64,000 nt of DNA from Anaerovoracaceae bacterium (GCA_041844835.1 JBGZBU010000026.1:7641-71640), one strand, 5' to 3'; shown: positions 49,303 through 59,640, numbered from the stretch's first letter. The notes: generated by a model from the sequence alone, not told the origin. Translations and numbers: made by a program.

Positions 49303-50082
49303 TTATCTCGTGCCGATGACCAGGATGTCCGAAAACGCTTTTATCAATTTCGCAAGCGCGGCATCATTGACATCAAAGTCAACATCATCTATTTGATTAA
49401 CAGGCAAAAGATTCAATGAGGTACCGCTGACAGCCGCAGCGCTGATCTCCCCCAGTTCCGCAATGCTTATGAAACGTTTTGATATATTTATTCCGCACAG
49501 TTCCGCCGCTTCAAGCACTTTTTCACGGGTCACGCCGAGAAGAACCGCTTCGTCCGGAGCAGTTATAATCTCAGCACACGCCCCGCAGGTACCGTTTTTT
49601 ATAAAAAAAATATTCGCCCGTTCACATTCATAAATTTTTTGATCATGCACATATAGCATCTGAAATGCCCCGGCTTTTTTTCTTATCTTTGAAATTTCTT
49701 CGCGCTGCGATACATCCATATATTTGACATTCGGATTTTTGCGCTTGAATTCATATGTTTTGAGTGACACGCCGTTTTCCATTTGAAGCCTGGTCGGATA
49801 CACGCCGTCAACATCAATTATACTCACTTTGGCATTTTCATTTATGCCGATCCTTATATTGAAATTGAAGGCGCCATATGTATCTGCAGATTTGGTACGC
49901 TGCGCAATCACGTTTTTTATACCCGTGATTAGTGCCGATCTGTCAATTTGAAAATCAGCGTAATGGGCAAGCGAACGCTCCAATCTGGATATGTGCTCGT
50001 CCGGGAAAACCGTTTTCCCGTTCATTACGCGAATCACTTCATATACTTCAAATACTTCAATTTTTTTTAAATCATTGCACAT
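49303..50082 (-). CDS. Class IV (fold type IV) aminotransferase family protein
   Basis: The length is about 259 aa, with the patterns VIRVMNGKTVFPDEHISRLERS and GVTREKVLE. It cannot be assigned among BCAT, D-AAT and PabC. Confidence 0.6.
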   Translation of the reverse strand: MCNDLKKIEVFEVYEVIRVMNGKTVFPDEHISRLERSLAHYADFQIDRSALITGIKNVIAQRTKSADTYGAFNFNIRIGINENAKVSIIDVDGVYPTRLQMENGVSLKTYEFKRKNPNVKYMDVSQREEISKIRKKAGAFQMLYVHDQKIYECERANIFFIKNGTCGACAEIITAPDEAVLLGVTREKVLEAAELCGINISKRFISIAELGEISAAAVSGTSLNLLPVNQIDDVDFDVNDAALAKLIKAFSDILVIGTR

Positions 50083-50350
50083 ATCACCGCACCAGATACA
50101 AATTCTCCGGCAAACATCCTCATATATGTTTACCCGAATATCCTAGTTTTTATATATTAATGCCTTTTAATTCTATCATGCCGGGTAGTCTCCGGCATGA
50201 TCAAATAGCCAGCTCATATCGGCAACGCCGCATTACTCAACACCCGAGGTGTTGAGGGTATAATCAATGCAACCATTATATCATGACAACAGACTCCAGC
50301 ATAATATAATCCGCGCGGCACGTTTATCAATAATCAACAATCCTAAAATT

Positions 50351-50383
50351 AAAACCCCGCGGGATTGCAAGATTCCCGCAGGG
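50351..50383 (-). terminator. groEL intrinsic terminator
   Basis: On the minus strand: CCCTGCGGGA-N9-TCCCGCGGGG, followed by TTTTAATTTT. Confidence 0.75.
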
Positions 50384-50429
50384 CATGCATTTTCAGATAT
50401 ATGACTTGCAGATGAAGCATTGAGAGAGC

Positions 50430-52073
<1,644 letters not shown>

Positions 52074-52243
52074 CTATGTTAATTTTGATTTATAATTTAC
52101 TGATTTACCTGATTTTATTCCGCTGTATTTTATTTTTTGTTTCGTTTTTTTATTTGCCGCGTTTCTCTATTTGTATTTGTCATGTTTTGTTTTTTATTTT
52201 GCATCGCTTTGTTTTGCATCACTGCATATTTATGCACTCGTTT

Positions 52244-52522
52244 TTATTCAAGCGTTGCAAGTATGTCCGCCTGCCTAAGTATCAAATAGTCCGTGCCGTC
52301 TCTTTTGATTTCCGTTCCTACATATTCCGAAAAGATAACCATATCTCCCACTTTCACTTCCATCTTTTCGTCCGCAGTTCCCGGACCCACTGCCATAACC
52401 TCGGCTACCATAGGCGCTTCCTTGGCATTGCCTGTCAGGATGATCCCGCTTTGAGTTTTTTCCTCCGCTTCCACTCTTTTTATTACCACTTTATCTGCCA
52501 GTGGCTTGATTCCACATTTCAT
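52244..52522 (-). CDS. groS: Co-chaperonin GroES
   Basis: It has IKPLADKVVIKRVEAEEKTQSGIIL and is 92 aa long. Confidence 0.97.
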   Translation of the reverse strand: MKCGIKPLADKVVIKRVEAEEKTQSGIILTGNAKEAPMVAEVMAVGPGTADEKMEVKVGDMVIFSEYVGTEIKRDGTDYLILRQADILATLE

Positions 52523-52555
52523 TCTAACACTCCTTTCAAAATCCTACCGTTTCTG

Positions 52556-52582
52556 TTAGCACTCGGCATTGAGGAGTGCTAA
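52556..52582. promoter_or_regulatory. CIRCE element (HrcA operator)
   Basis: TTAGCACTC-N9-GAGTGCTAA is a perfect match to the consensus. It lies between the promoter and groES. Confidence 0.95.
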
Positions 52583-52589
52583 CAAGTTT

Positions 52590-52618
52590 AATTTACCACT
52601 TCTATACCCGCTTGTCAA
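52590..52618 (-). promoter_or_regulatory. groESL promoter
   Basis: On the minus strand: TTGACA, a 17-nt spacer, then TAAATT, immediately upstream of CIRCE. Confidence 0.7.
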
Positions 52619-52749
52619 TAAAAAAAACAAGTGAATCGTCTGCACACGCTTTTCGCTTCAAAATCAATCCGCCCTCCCGCTCGAACAAAAATGCAAATCA
52701 AACCTCAGGCGAACAAAAGCAAAAAACTAAATACGAAGCTGAACCGGAC

Positions 52750-52798
52750 AAAAAACCGCAAAGCGAGCCTCAATCCGGCCCGCTCTGCAGCTTTTGCG
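52750..52798 (-). terminator. Hairpin terminator after the 164-aa hypothetical gene
   Basis: CGCAAA...TTTGCG forms an outer stem around a GC-rich inner stem. A T-run follows on the minus strand. Confidence 0.5.
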
Positions 52799-52825
52799 TT
52801 TTATAGGATATAAGTTAACCTCGAT

Positions 52826-53320
52826 TTACACTAAAACCGTAATTCCGCCATCTATAGTATCAAACAATATCAGAAAAGCCTCGTTGTACTCATTCGTGCA
52901 ATGTACCACAAAGAACTTTTTATATATGGTTTTTCTGTGAGGGATCTCGATTTTAGGCGTGTGAAACATCTTTGCCTTTGAAACGTGAAGTTTCAATATG
53001 AAATCATGCCCGATGCTGTCCACCTCATCAGTTGTAAGCTTGGATTGCATTATGATTTCATCATCCGCTTCCAATGTCTCGACAATCGGTTCCCCGTCCG
53101 CAACCGCAGGTCTCCCATGCACCATATCCACTAAGCAAAGTACGGTTTTGTTGAGATTGCCAAGTCTTTTACCCTCCCATATCAGATTGTAATGCAGGTA
53201 ATGGTATGGATAATATACACTGTCAATCTTTTCCACGGAGATGGTTCCGTCCTGATTGAGGAGCATCTGCTCCGCATTTTCCTCCGTGTGCGTACTCGGT
53301 ATTACTTCTATCTTCTTCAT
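52826..53320 (-). CDS. Hypothetical protein (about 164 aa), no recognisable motif
   Basis: The ORF has an AAGGA RBS before the ATG at 53320 (MKKIEVIPSTH). It lies 46 nt downstream of the symporter gene. Confidence 0.5.
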   Translation of the reverse strand: MKKIEVIPSTHTEENAEQMLLNQDGTISVEKIDSVYYPYHYLHYNLIWEGKRLGNLNKTVLCLVDMVHGRPAVADGEPIVETLEADDEIIMQSKLTTDEVDSIGHDFILKLHVSKAKMFHTPKIEIPHRKTIYKKFFVVHCTNEYNEAFLILFDTIDGGITVLV

Positions 53321-53366
53321 GTCTATATCCTTTATGCATACGCGCCATTGCACTGCACCCGCTGTG

Positions 53367-54947
53367 TTATGCCAATGCAAATCCCCTGTTTTCAAGATAT
53401 CCTGAATCCTTTAGGAAGTTTGAAACCGCATTTCCTTCCGTTGCGAGATATTTGGAAGATGCACCCTCCAATTTTGCGGAAGCAAATATATGTTTTGCCG
53501 CCGCCTTATCAACCAATTCACACATCTCAGGCGATGTCGGTTTCCCGAAATGGCTGAATATAAACATGCATATTGAAGAGAGCGCCACACCTATAAAATA
53601 AGGATGTATCTTGGTAGGCTCTTCCAGCTTCATTGCGGTCCAAATGAAATTGATACCTCCGCCCGCAACCATTGATGCCACGGAACCGGTCGCATTCGCT
53701 TTTTTCCACCAAATCGCACAGAAGAAGCTAGGCAGCAACGCGCAGCTCATTACACCGAATGAGAATATTACGAGTTTGAATATTCCCGGCGGCTGCAAAA
53801 TCGAAATTATGATTCCCACGATACCTACACATATGATGGAAATCTTTGAAGCAATTACAACCTGTCTGTCGGTAGCGTCAGGTCTGAGCCATCTCTTATA
53901 AAGATCGATGGAGAATATCGTTCCCACCAGAAGCAAAAGAGCCGCAACTGTCGACATGATAGCCGACATGATAGCCGTCAAAATGACTGCAGCAATTACG
54001 CCAGGGAACATCTGGAATGAAAGCTCCGGAATTACCATCTCAGGATCGGCAATATTCGGCAGCAATATGATTCCGCACAGCCCCAAAATGTATGGGGAGA
54101 AAATGAATAACTGATTCCAGATTGTCGCAATAAGCAATGTTTTCTTTGCAGTGGCAGGGCCCTCCATCGCCATGTGTTTGATTACAACGTGCGGAAGTCC
54201 GATATATCCGATCAGGTATATCAAAACTGCGCCGGCGATTACGCCGTATCCGTTTTCATAAATGAGCCCTTTTCCCCAAACGCTCAGATATGTAGGGTCG
54301 ATCTCCGCAAGTTTTGTGTTCAATGCAGTAAAGCCGCCCACTTTTGTCACGGACAAAAGCAAAACTCCGATTACGGAAGTTACCATGATCATGCCCTGAA
54401 TTACGTCAATCCACGCAACAGCGAAATATCCGCCGACAAATGTGTATATCAGAATAACTGTTACGCCGGCGATAAGTGCAGGTGCGAACGGAAAGTTAAA
54501 GAGCAAAGCAAGCGTTTTTCCGGAAGCGAGGAACTGTGCAAGCACATATCCGCTCAATCCGAAAATTGATACTATTGATGCTATTACCTTTACTTTTCCG
54601 GAGTTGTAACGCTTTTCTATATACTCAATAGGCGATATCGAGTCGAGGAGCTGTGAAAGCCTTCTCATCCTTCTCGCCATCAGTGAGATATTGATTATTC
54701 CGCCTCCGGCATCACCTACCGCGTAGAAAATTGCAAACCAACCGATGTTATATGCCAGCGAAGGTCCCCCCATGAACATATAGCCGCTCATCGCCGTAGT
54801 TTGAAGCGTAAGAGCTGTGATGAGAGGTCCCATCTGGCGTCCGCCTAGCAGGAAATCCTCAGATTTTTGTGCTTTTCTGTTCCAGTACACGCCCATACCG
54901 ATCATCAGGACGAAATATATGAGCAGTACGATTACTTCTATTCTCAT
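53367..54947 (-). CDS. Sodium:solute symporter (SSS) family transporter
   Basis: The 526-aa protein has about 13 TM helices. The N-terminus is SSS-like (SEDFLLGGRQMGP). Confidence 0.85.
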   Translation of the reverse strand: MRIEVIVLLIYFVLMIGMGVYWNRKAQKSEDFLLGGRQMGPLITALTLQTTAMSGYMFMGGPSLAYNIGWFAIFYAVGDAGGGIINISLMARRMRRLSQLLDSISPIEYIEKRYNSGKVKVIASIVSIFGLSGYVLAQFLASGKTLALLFNFPFAPALIAGVTVILIYTFVGGYFAVAWIDVIQGMIMVTSVIGVLLLSVTKVGGFTALNTKLAEIDPTYLSVWGKGLIYENGYGVIAGAVLIYLIGYIGLPHVVIKHMAMEGPATAKKTLLIATIWNQLFIFSPYILGLCGIILLPNIADPEMVIPELSFQMFPGVIAAVILTAIMSAIMSTVAALLLLVGTIFSIDLYKRWLRPDATDRQVVIASKISIICVGIVGIIISILQPPGIFKLVIFSFGVMSCALLPSFFCAIWWKKANATGSVASMVAGGGINFIWTAMKLEEPTKIHPYFIGVALSSICMFIFSHFGKPTSPEMCELVDKAAAKHIFASAKLEGASSKYLATEGNAVSNFLKDSGYLENRGFALA

Positions 54948-55099
54948 GATTGCGTCCCTCCTGTAAATTCTTTATCATATTCTTCTGTGATCTTATCATG
55001 TTTAGCCATTATAACGTACATTATGATTGCTATTGTGGTATAAACTATAGGCCAGCTTAGATAAGCAAGCGCCGATACCACCGGCATCCCCAAAATCAT
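54944..55099 (-). CDS. Small (51 aa) membrane protein, candidate symporter accessory subunit
   Basis: It is below the ORF-track size cutoff. My translation is MILGMPVVSALAYLSWPIVYTTIAIIMYVIMAKHDKITEEYDKEFTGGTQS. A GGAGGA RBS lies 8 nt upstream. The stop overlaps the symporter ATG (ATGA). Confidence 0.65.
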   Translation of the reverse strand: MILGMPVVSALAYLSWPIVYTTIAIIMYVIMAKHDKITEEYDKEFTGGTQS

Positions 55100-55513
55100 A
55101 AAACATTCCTCCTCTCATGATTTGAGCACTGACTACAATGCCATAAATAAAGGTCGCGCCACACATTCCGCGCACATCATTCTCCAAATTACAGCAAATA
55201 AATGACACGGCAACGAGCACGCAATAATAAAAAATAGATAATAGAGATGATTAAGAAGTGACAAACGATATGATATGTCGCCTTCTTGTTAAAATTATAA
55301 CTTGCCAAGGGTGCTCCTGACAAGTCTGTGAGAGCTGAATTTAGGGTTCTTAAAGAGAAAATTTACTTTCTCTTTAAGAATGTCATTTCTCCCGCCCGAC
55401 TAATCATATTTTGCTGGACATGTGTCATGTCTCTAGTATATAATATTAATCGCTGCTGGTGATTGTGCATATTTAATGTAGAGCATTTCGGCGGCGACAT
55501 TTTCTATATTTGT

Positions 55514-55601
55514 GGAGGATTGACCGAGCGGCTAAGGAGCTTGATTGGAAATCAAGTAAGGTGTAACAGCCCCGTGGGTTCGAGTCCCATGTCCTCCGCC
55601 A
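55514..55601 (+). tRNA. tRNA-Ser (anticodon GGA), CCA encoded
   Basis: The acceptor stem pairs GGAGGAT with GTCCTCC. The anticodon arm is CTTGA-TTGGAAA-TCAAG. There is a long variable arm, a T arm with GGTTCGAGTCC, and a 3' GCCA. Confidence 0.9.
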
Positions 55602-55610
55602 TGGATTTTA

Positions 55611-55647
55611 AAAGGGTTTTATCGACGAGTCGGTAAAACCCTTTTTT
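55611..55647 (+). terminator. tRNA-Ser intrinsic terminator
   Basis: AAGGGTTTTATCG...CGGTAAAACCCTT forms the hairpin, followed by TTTT. Confidence 0.8.
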
Positions 55648-55771
55648 GCTTATAGGACGAAGTACGCTGTCCACAAGGAACACTCTGTTTTTATTTTTTA
55701 CCTGCCTCTCGGCTTAAGTGTGCTTGTTAATTTCATTGAAATTCGGCTTGCAGGACAAACTTTAGAGAGCG

Positions 55772-55804
55772 AAAAAAGCGGACAGTGTAAAAACACTGTC
55801 CGCT
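55772..55804 (-). terminator. S-layer gene intrinsic terminator
   Basis: AGCGGACAGTG-N6-CACTGTCCGCT, followed by a T6 run on the minus strand. Confidence 0.85.
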
Positions 55805-55869
55805 TATGACTGCATATGCAGTTCATGCTTAAACTAAATATGCTCTAATTCAGTCCACACAAGGATATC

Positions 55870-58287
55870 TTATACAAGAGCGTCCTTAGTGTAGATGATG
55901 ATTTCAAATCCGGCCTTATCTTTATCGCAGTCAAACATGTAGAGCTTAATATTTGTGTCACTGAGATCAATGCTTCCGAGATCGGATACTTCAAACTTCT
56001 TCTCAGCAAGCTTGAATACTTTTCCGTCGGCAGCAAGATCATACCATTTAGCACCGTCATAGTAGGAGTTGCCTTCTACTTTTGAACCTGCAGCTACTGC
56101 AACATCTGCAGGATCTGCAGCTACTTCAACAGGCTTAGTGATGTTCTTGTCGGAATCATAGTAGAACTTCCAAACAAGTTTAGCTTTAGCAGTATTATCA
56201 ATGTTGTTTCCGGAATCATCAGTCATCTTAACAGTGATTGCGTCACCCTTGGAATTGAAACCTTCGTACTGAGTAACAACATCATCGCCTACTGCAACCT
56301 GACCCTTGGAGTTGAATACTGCGTAAGCTTCATTATCGCTCTTCTTGCCATAGTCTGCTTTGTCAACAACCAAAGCGAGAATTACGTTTGAATTGTTCTT
56401 GAGAACGAGTACGTCCTGGTTGCTTACAGTCTTGTTGATATCTGCAAACTTACCGATGCGATATTTGTCAGCTTCGTCTTTAACGAATACAACAACGTCC
56501 GAAGCTACTTTCAAGCTGTTACCCGCATTTGAAAGAGAAGCTGCTCCCTTTTCAACAGGCTTGCTCAAAGTTACAGGAGTAACATCTTTATCTCTTGAGT
56601 TGAGCTCACCGTCTTTGTTCATGCTGTACGCAAAGAGCGTTCCCTGAAGGGTACCGTTGTACTGTACATCCGGAGCTTTCTCTATGAACTTGGAGTCAAC
56701 TTTCTTGCCCTCAGCGTTTACATATCTAACCTGACCTGTGAAAGTACCGTCAGAATTCTGTACACCGAGAACCACACCGAATTTGTTTGCGCCTTTGCTT
56801 ACTGCTTTTGCATAGTAAACGTCGCCGAATCCGTCAAGATAGAAATCATATGTCTCGCCTACCTTAAGAGCTGCAGAGTTTGCATCTTTAGGATCAGCTT
56901 CAGCATACATCTTGTCGCCAACCTTGAACTTGTCATCCTTTGAACCTACAATTTTTGCGTCTTTGACAACTTCAGTACCTACAACAACTCTCTTGATGTT
57001 GTTCTTAGCGTTTGCATATACGTAAACCACGTTGTTTTCTGCGATCTTATCAACAGATGCAACACCTTCGAGTGCGAACGATTTTGTATCGATTTCACGA
57101 TTGTTATCCTTAATGAATTCTTTACCGAGAAGCTTCTTGTTTTTGATCTCGTTCTGAATGCTGGATCCAACCTTCTGGTGTTTTGTAACATCCCATTTAA
57201 GTACGGAGTGAACCTTTGTAAGAGTTTTGCCGGAAACTTCCGCAGCAAGAGTCAGGTTCATTTTCTTAACAGGAACGATAGTACCGCCTGCAACCTTGTC
57301 GCTGTTTTTGAACTCTACAGGAGTAACTCCACCATAGTTGTCTTTTACAGTGTAAGCAACGTCATCAACTTTGATCTCTGTGATTTTTCCTGCCTTAACT
57401 TCGCTGACTTCACCGCTGATGAACTGTGTTTTAGGTTTGAGTGAAACGATTTTGTCGTCTTTCACATATCCGCTTGCAAGTGCACCAACAAACGGGTTGA
57501 GGTTGATCAATGCTTCCTCTGTTCCTTCGATGATCTGCTCTTTGAGAGGTTTGCATCCGAGACCGGAAGTAAGCATTGAAATAGGAACCTGTGTTGCAGG
57601 TGTAGTGGAGTGATCAAGGCTGTTAAGTCCTGTAGTAGCTCCCTCTTTGTTAACCTGAACTTTCTGAACGCCAAGAGCGTTGTAGATAACCTGTGCAGCT
57701 GCTTCTCTGTTGATCTGAGCGCCTGCAGTTACATCCTTGTAAAGACCGAGGTCCTGTCCAAGAGTGATGTAGTTTGAAGGCCACGAACCAACGAGAGCTG
57801 CGGAGTTAGGAGTATAACCTACCGCTCTGAGAGTCATAGCAACAGCCTCAGCAGGTGTAATTGTGTTTCCAGGTCTAACAGTTCCGTCACCGTAACCGTT
57901 CATGATCTTTTTACCTTCGCAGAAAGCGAGGTATTTCACTGCCCACTGATATCCTGCAATATCTTTGAATGATGTGCTTGCAACACCGGCAAGTGCACTC
58001 TCAGGAGTTCCGAGAGCTCTCGTAATCATAGCAGCAAACTGTGCTCTGTTTACATTCTCGCCAGGCTTGAACGTACCATCAGGGAATCCTGTTACGATTC
58101 CGAGGTTGTTCACCACGTTGATGGCTTCTTTGTTAGGACTTTTAGCTATGTCTGTCAGCATTCCGCCGGCAACTGCTGTATCCTGTGGCGTAGTTGTTGT
58201 AGCCGCAGGAGTAGTATCAGCAAATACCACGGAGAAACTTCCAAGCACAAGTGCCAAAGTCAACACTAGTGAAAGTATTTTTTTCAT
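55870..58287 (-). CDS. S-layer / cell-surface protein with three N-terminal SLH domains
   Basis: The signal peptide is MKKILSLVLTLALVLGSFSVVFA. SLH repeats are present (GFPDGTFKPGENVNRAQFAAMITRA, YGDGTVRPGNTITPAEAVAMTLRA). The C-terminal region is long and beta-rich. The start is at 58287, after AAAGGAGGA. Confidence 0.85.
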   Translation of the reverse strand: MKKILSLVLTLALVLGSFSVVFADTTPAATTTTPQDTAVAGGMLTDIAKSPNKEAINVVNNLGIVTGFPDGTFKPGENVNRAQFAAMITRALGTPESALAGVASTSFKDIAGYQWAVKYLAFCEGKKIMNGYGDGTVRPGNTITPAEAVAMTLRAVGYTPNSAALVGSWPSNYITLGQDLGLYKDVTAGAQINREAAAQVIYNALGVQKVQVNKEGATTGLNSLDHSTTPATQVPISMLTSGLGCKPLKEQIIEGTEEALINLNPFVGALASGYVKDDKIVSLKPKTQFISGEVSEVKAGKITEIKVDDVAYTVKDNYGGVTPVEFKNSDKVAGGTIVPVKKMNLTLAAEVSGKTLTKVHSVLKWDVTKHQKVGSSIQNEIKNKKLLGKEFIKDNNREIDTKSFALEGVASVDKIAENNVVYVYANAKNNIKRVVVGTEVVKDAKIVGSKDDKFKVGDKMYAEADPKDANSAALKVGETYDFYLDGFGDVYYAKAVSKGANKFGVVLGVQNSDGTFTGQVRYVNAEGKKVDSKFIEKAPDVQYNGTLQGTLFAYSMNKDGELNSRDKDVTPVTLSKPVEKGAASLSNAGNSLKVASDVVVFVKDEADKYRIGKFADINKTVSNQDVLVLKNNSNVILALVVDKADYGKKSDNEAYAVFNSKGQVAVGDDVVTQYEGFNSKGDAITVKMTDDSGNNIDNTAKAKLVWKFYYDSDKNITKPVEVAADPADVAVAAGSKVEGNSYYDGAKWYDLAADGKVFKLAEKKFEVSDLGSIDLSDTNIKLYMFDCDKDKAGFEIIIYTKDALV

Positions 58288-58314
58288 TTCAATTCCTCCT
58301 TTGAAAAAAACCAA

Positions 58315-58361
58315 TCTCCGAAGGGGCCGATTTGCGTTGCAAATTATCCCCCCTTCCGAGA
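58315..58361 (-). promoter_or_regulatory. Long 5'-UTR stem-loop of the S-layer mRNA
   Basis: TCTCCGAAGGGG (58315-58326) pairs with CCCCTTCCGAGA (58350-58361) at 11 of 12 positions. There is an inner ATTTGC/GCAAAT stem. Confidence 0.55.
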
Positions 58362-58423
58362 TAATTTGACATTTCACATGGCGCAGTATGCAAAAACGGA
58401 TGCATCTACTCCATCTTTTATGA

Positions 58424-58453
58424 ATTATACCCTTGCCCCACTATTAAAGTCAA
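58424..58453 (-). promoter_or_regulatory. Candidate S-layer gene promoter
   Basis: On the minus strand: TTGACT, an 18-nt spacer, then TATAAT. Confidence 0.5.
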
Positions 58454-58584
58454 TTCCATTTGTTAAATGTAACACAACTGTAACAAGGTATAACATTGAA
58501 ATTTTAGCGATTTGCGCTGCTTGCGCCATATCCGTCCGCGATACGCGATAAATGCGGCATTTCGGATTTGCCGCAAGCTCGCTG

Positions 58585-58620
58585 CTTTTAATACATTGGT
58601 AATTTACAAGGTTTTCAAAC
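58585..58620. repeat. Isolated degenerate copy of the CRISPR repeat (possible anti-repeat)
   Basis: CTTTTAATACATTGGTAATTTACAAGGTTTTCAAAC has 7 mismatches to the repeat at 59054. Five of them fall in the first 16 nt. Confidence 0.6.
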
Positions 58621-58931
58621 TGCACTCTCTTTGAAATGTTGTGTAATCAGGGGAATGCATGATTCAACTCCCTCGATTCCCTCACCTCAATCCCTTTCGC
58701 CCATCACGCTTTTAATTATGCTTAAAGATTAAGCGTATGCCAATAGTTCGCCAAAGTTTGCTCGCCATCACGTCTACCGGCCTTGATTTCGTCCATATTT
58801 TCGATAATGTGTTCGACAATTTACTCAAGTAAAATCAATTCATTACCCATGGAATCCTTCCTCCCACACAGAAATCTCTATCAATGCCTCTTCGGCGTTT
58901 CTCGCTTTATCTTTACTCCATTTCTTTATAC

Positions 58932-59089
58932 GTCTTAACATATTCTTGAGCTACAAGGTTCTCAAACAGATCATCATGCGATTATACCGACAATTGGGTT
59001 TTAGATTTACAAGGTTCTCAAACAGATGCGCTGTAGAGTACGACCCGCGAGACGTTTTAACATATTCTTGATTTACAAGGTTCTCAAAC
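58932..59089. CRISPR. Orphan CRISPR mini-array: 3 repeats (36, 26 and 36 nt) and 2 spacers of 30 nt; no adjacent cas genes
   Basis: The repeats are at 58932-58967, 58998-59023 (internal 10-nt deletion) and 59054-59089 (GTTTTAACATATTCTTGATTTACAAGGTTCTCAAAC). The spacers are at 58968-58997 and 59024-59053. Confidence 0.65.
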
Positions 59090-59228
59090 CTCAAATTCAC
59101 ATGAGCTTATCACCGAACCAAACGCATTGACATGCGCGTAAATCACATCTTTATAATGCATCTATGATTATCTATGATGAGAACATCCTCGTTTGGCAAC
59201 CTGTCTTCAAATTTTGATTCAATTAAAA

Positions 59229-59516
59229 TCAAGTTGACTTTGGTAAAATGCTTTTGTAGTCTTTGCTATGCATATCCCCTTCATAGTAATATTCAAAATC
59301 CGGGTTTCCTGAATGAACGTAGCCATGTGCCGGGAAGAATACTTCCATCGCGTACTTCCAACCATTATGAATGCACTCCGGAACACTGCCCCTTAATTCC
59401 ACAACGGCATATTCGGCTTTTTCAACTACAAGGATGTCCAATCCCATACTTTTCGCCCGCTCAATATCGGTAACGATATACCCTTTATTATATTCATCGT
59501 GATTGCCTCCTTTCAC
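59229..59516 (-). pseudogene. Truncated GyrI-like / effector-binding-domain gene (C-terminal half only)
   Basis: Only the second half of the domain is present (AEYAVVELRGSVPECIHNGWKYAMEVFFPAHGYVHSGNPDFEYY). The in-frame start is a GTG with no RBS. The strong AAAGGAGG upstream serves an out-of-frame ATG. Confidence 0.5.
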
Positions 59517-59640
59517 TTATAGTTTAGAGGATTTTTGTTTTTCTACCCCACAGTATTCGTACAAATTTAATAAGACTTCACCTGTTTCTGCACTCCCGGC
59601 AACTAAAATTTACTGCTCACAACAAGCTGGAATTTCATTA

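Noticed and set aside
50083-50200. A THF (folate) riboswitch upstream of the class IV aminotransferase, in case it is PabC.
   Set aside because: There is superficial similarity (UAGGAUAUUCGGGUAAAC versus the remembered UAGAUGAUUCGCGUUAAG). The required closing helices and the pseudoknot partner could not be found.
55002-55220. A 72-aa minus-strand ORF from the ORF track, upstream of the symporter.
   Set aside because: It overlaps, in another frame, the 51-aa ORF that has a strong RBS and an ATGA coupling to the symporter. It has no RBS of its own.
59127-59157. A TTGACA-19-TATAAT promoter-like sequence on the + strand just right of the CRISPR array.
   Set aside because: It points away from the array toward a convergent truncated gene, and the 19-nt spacer is suboptimal. 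It does not support either array orientation.
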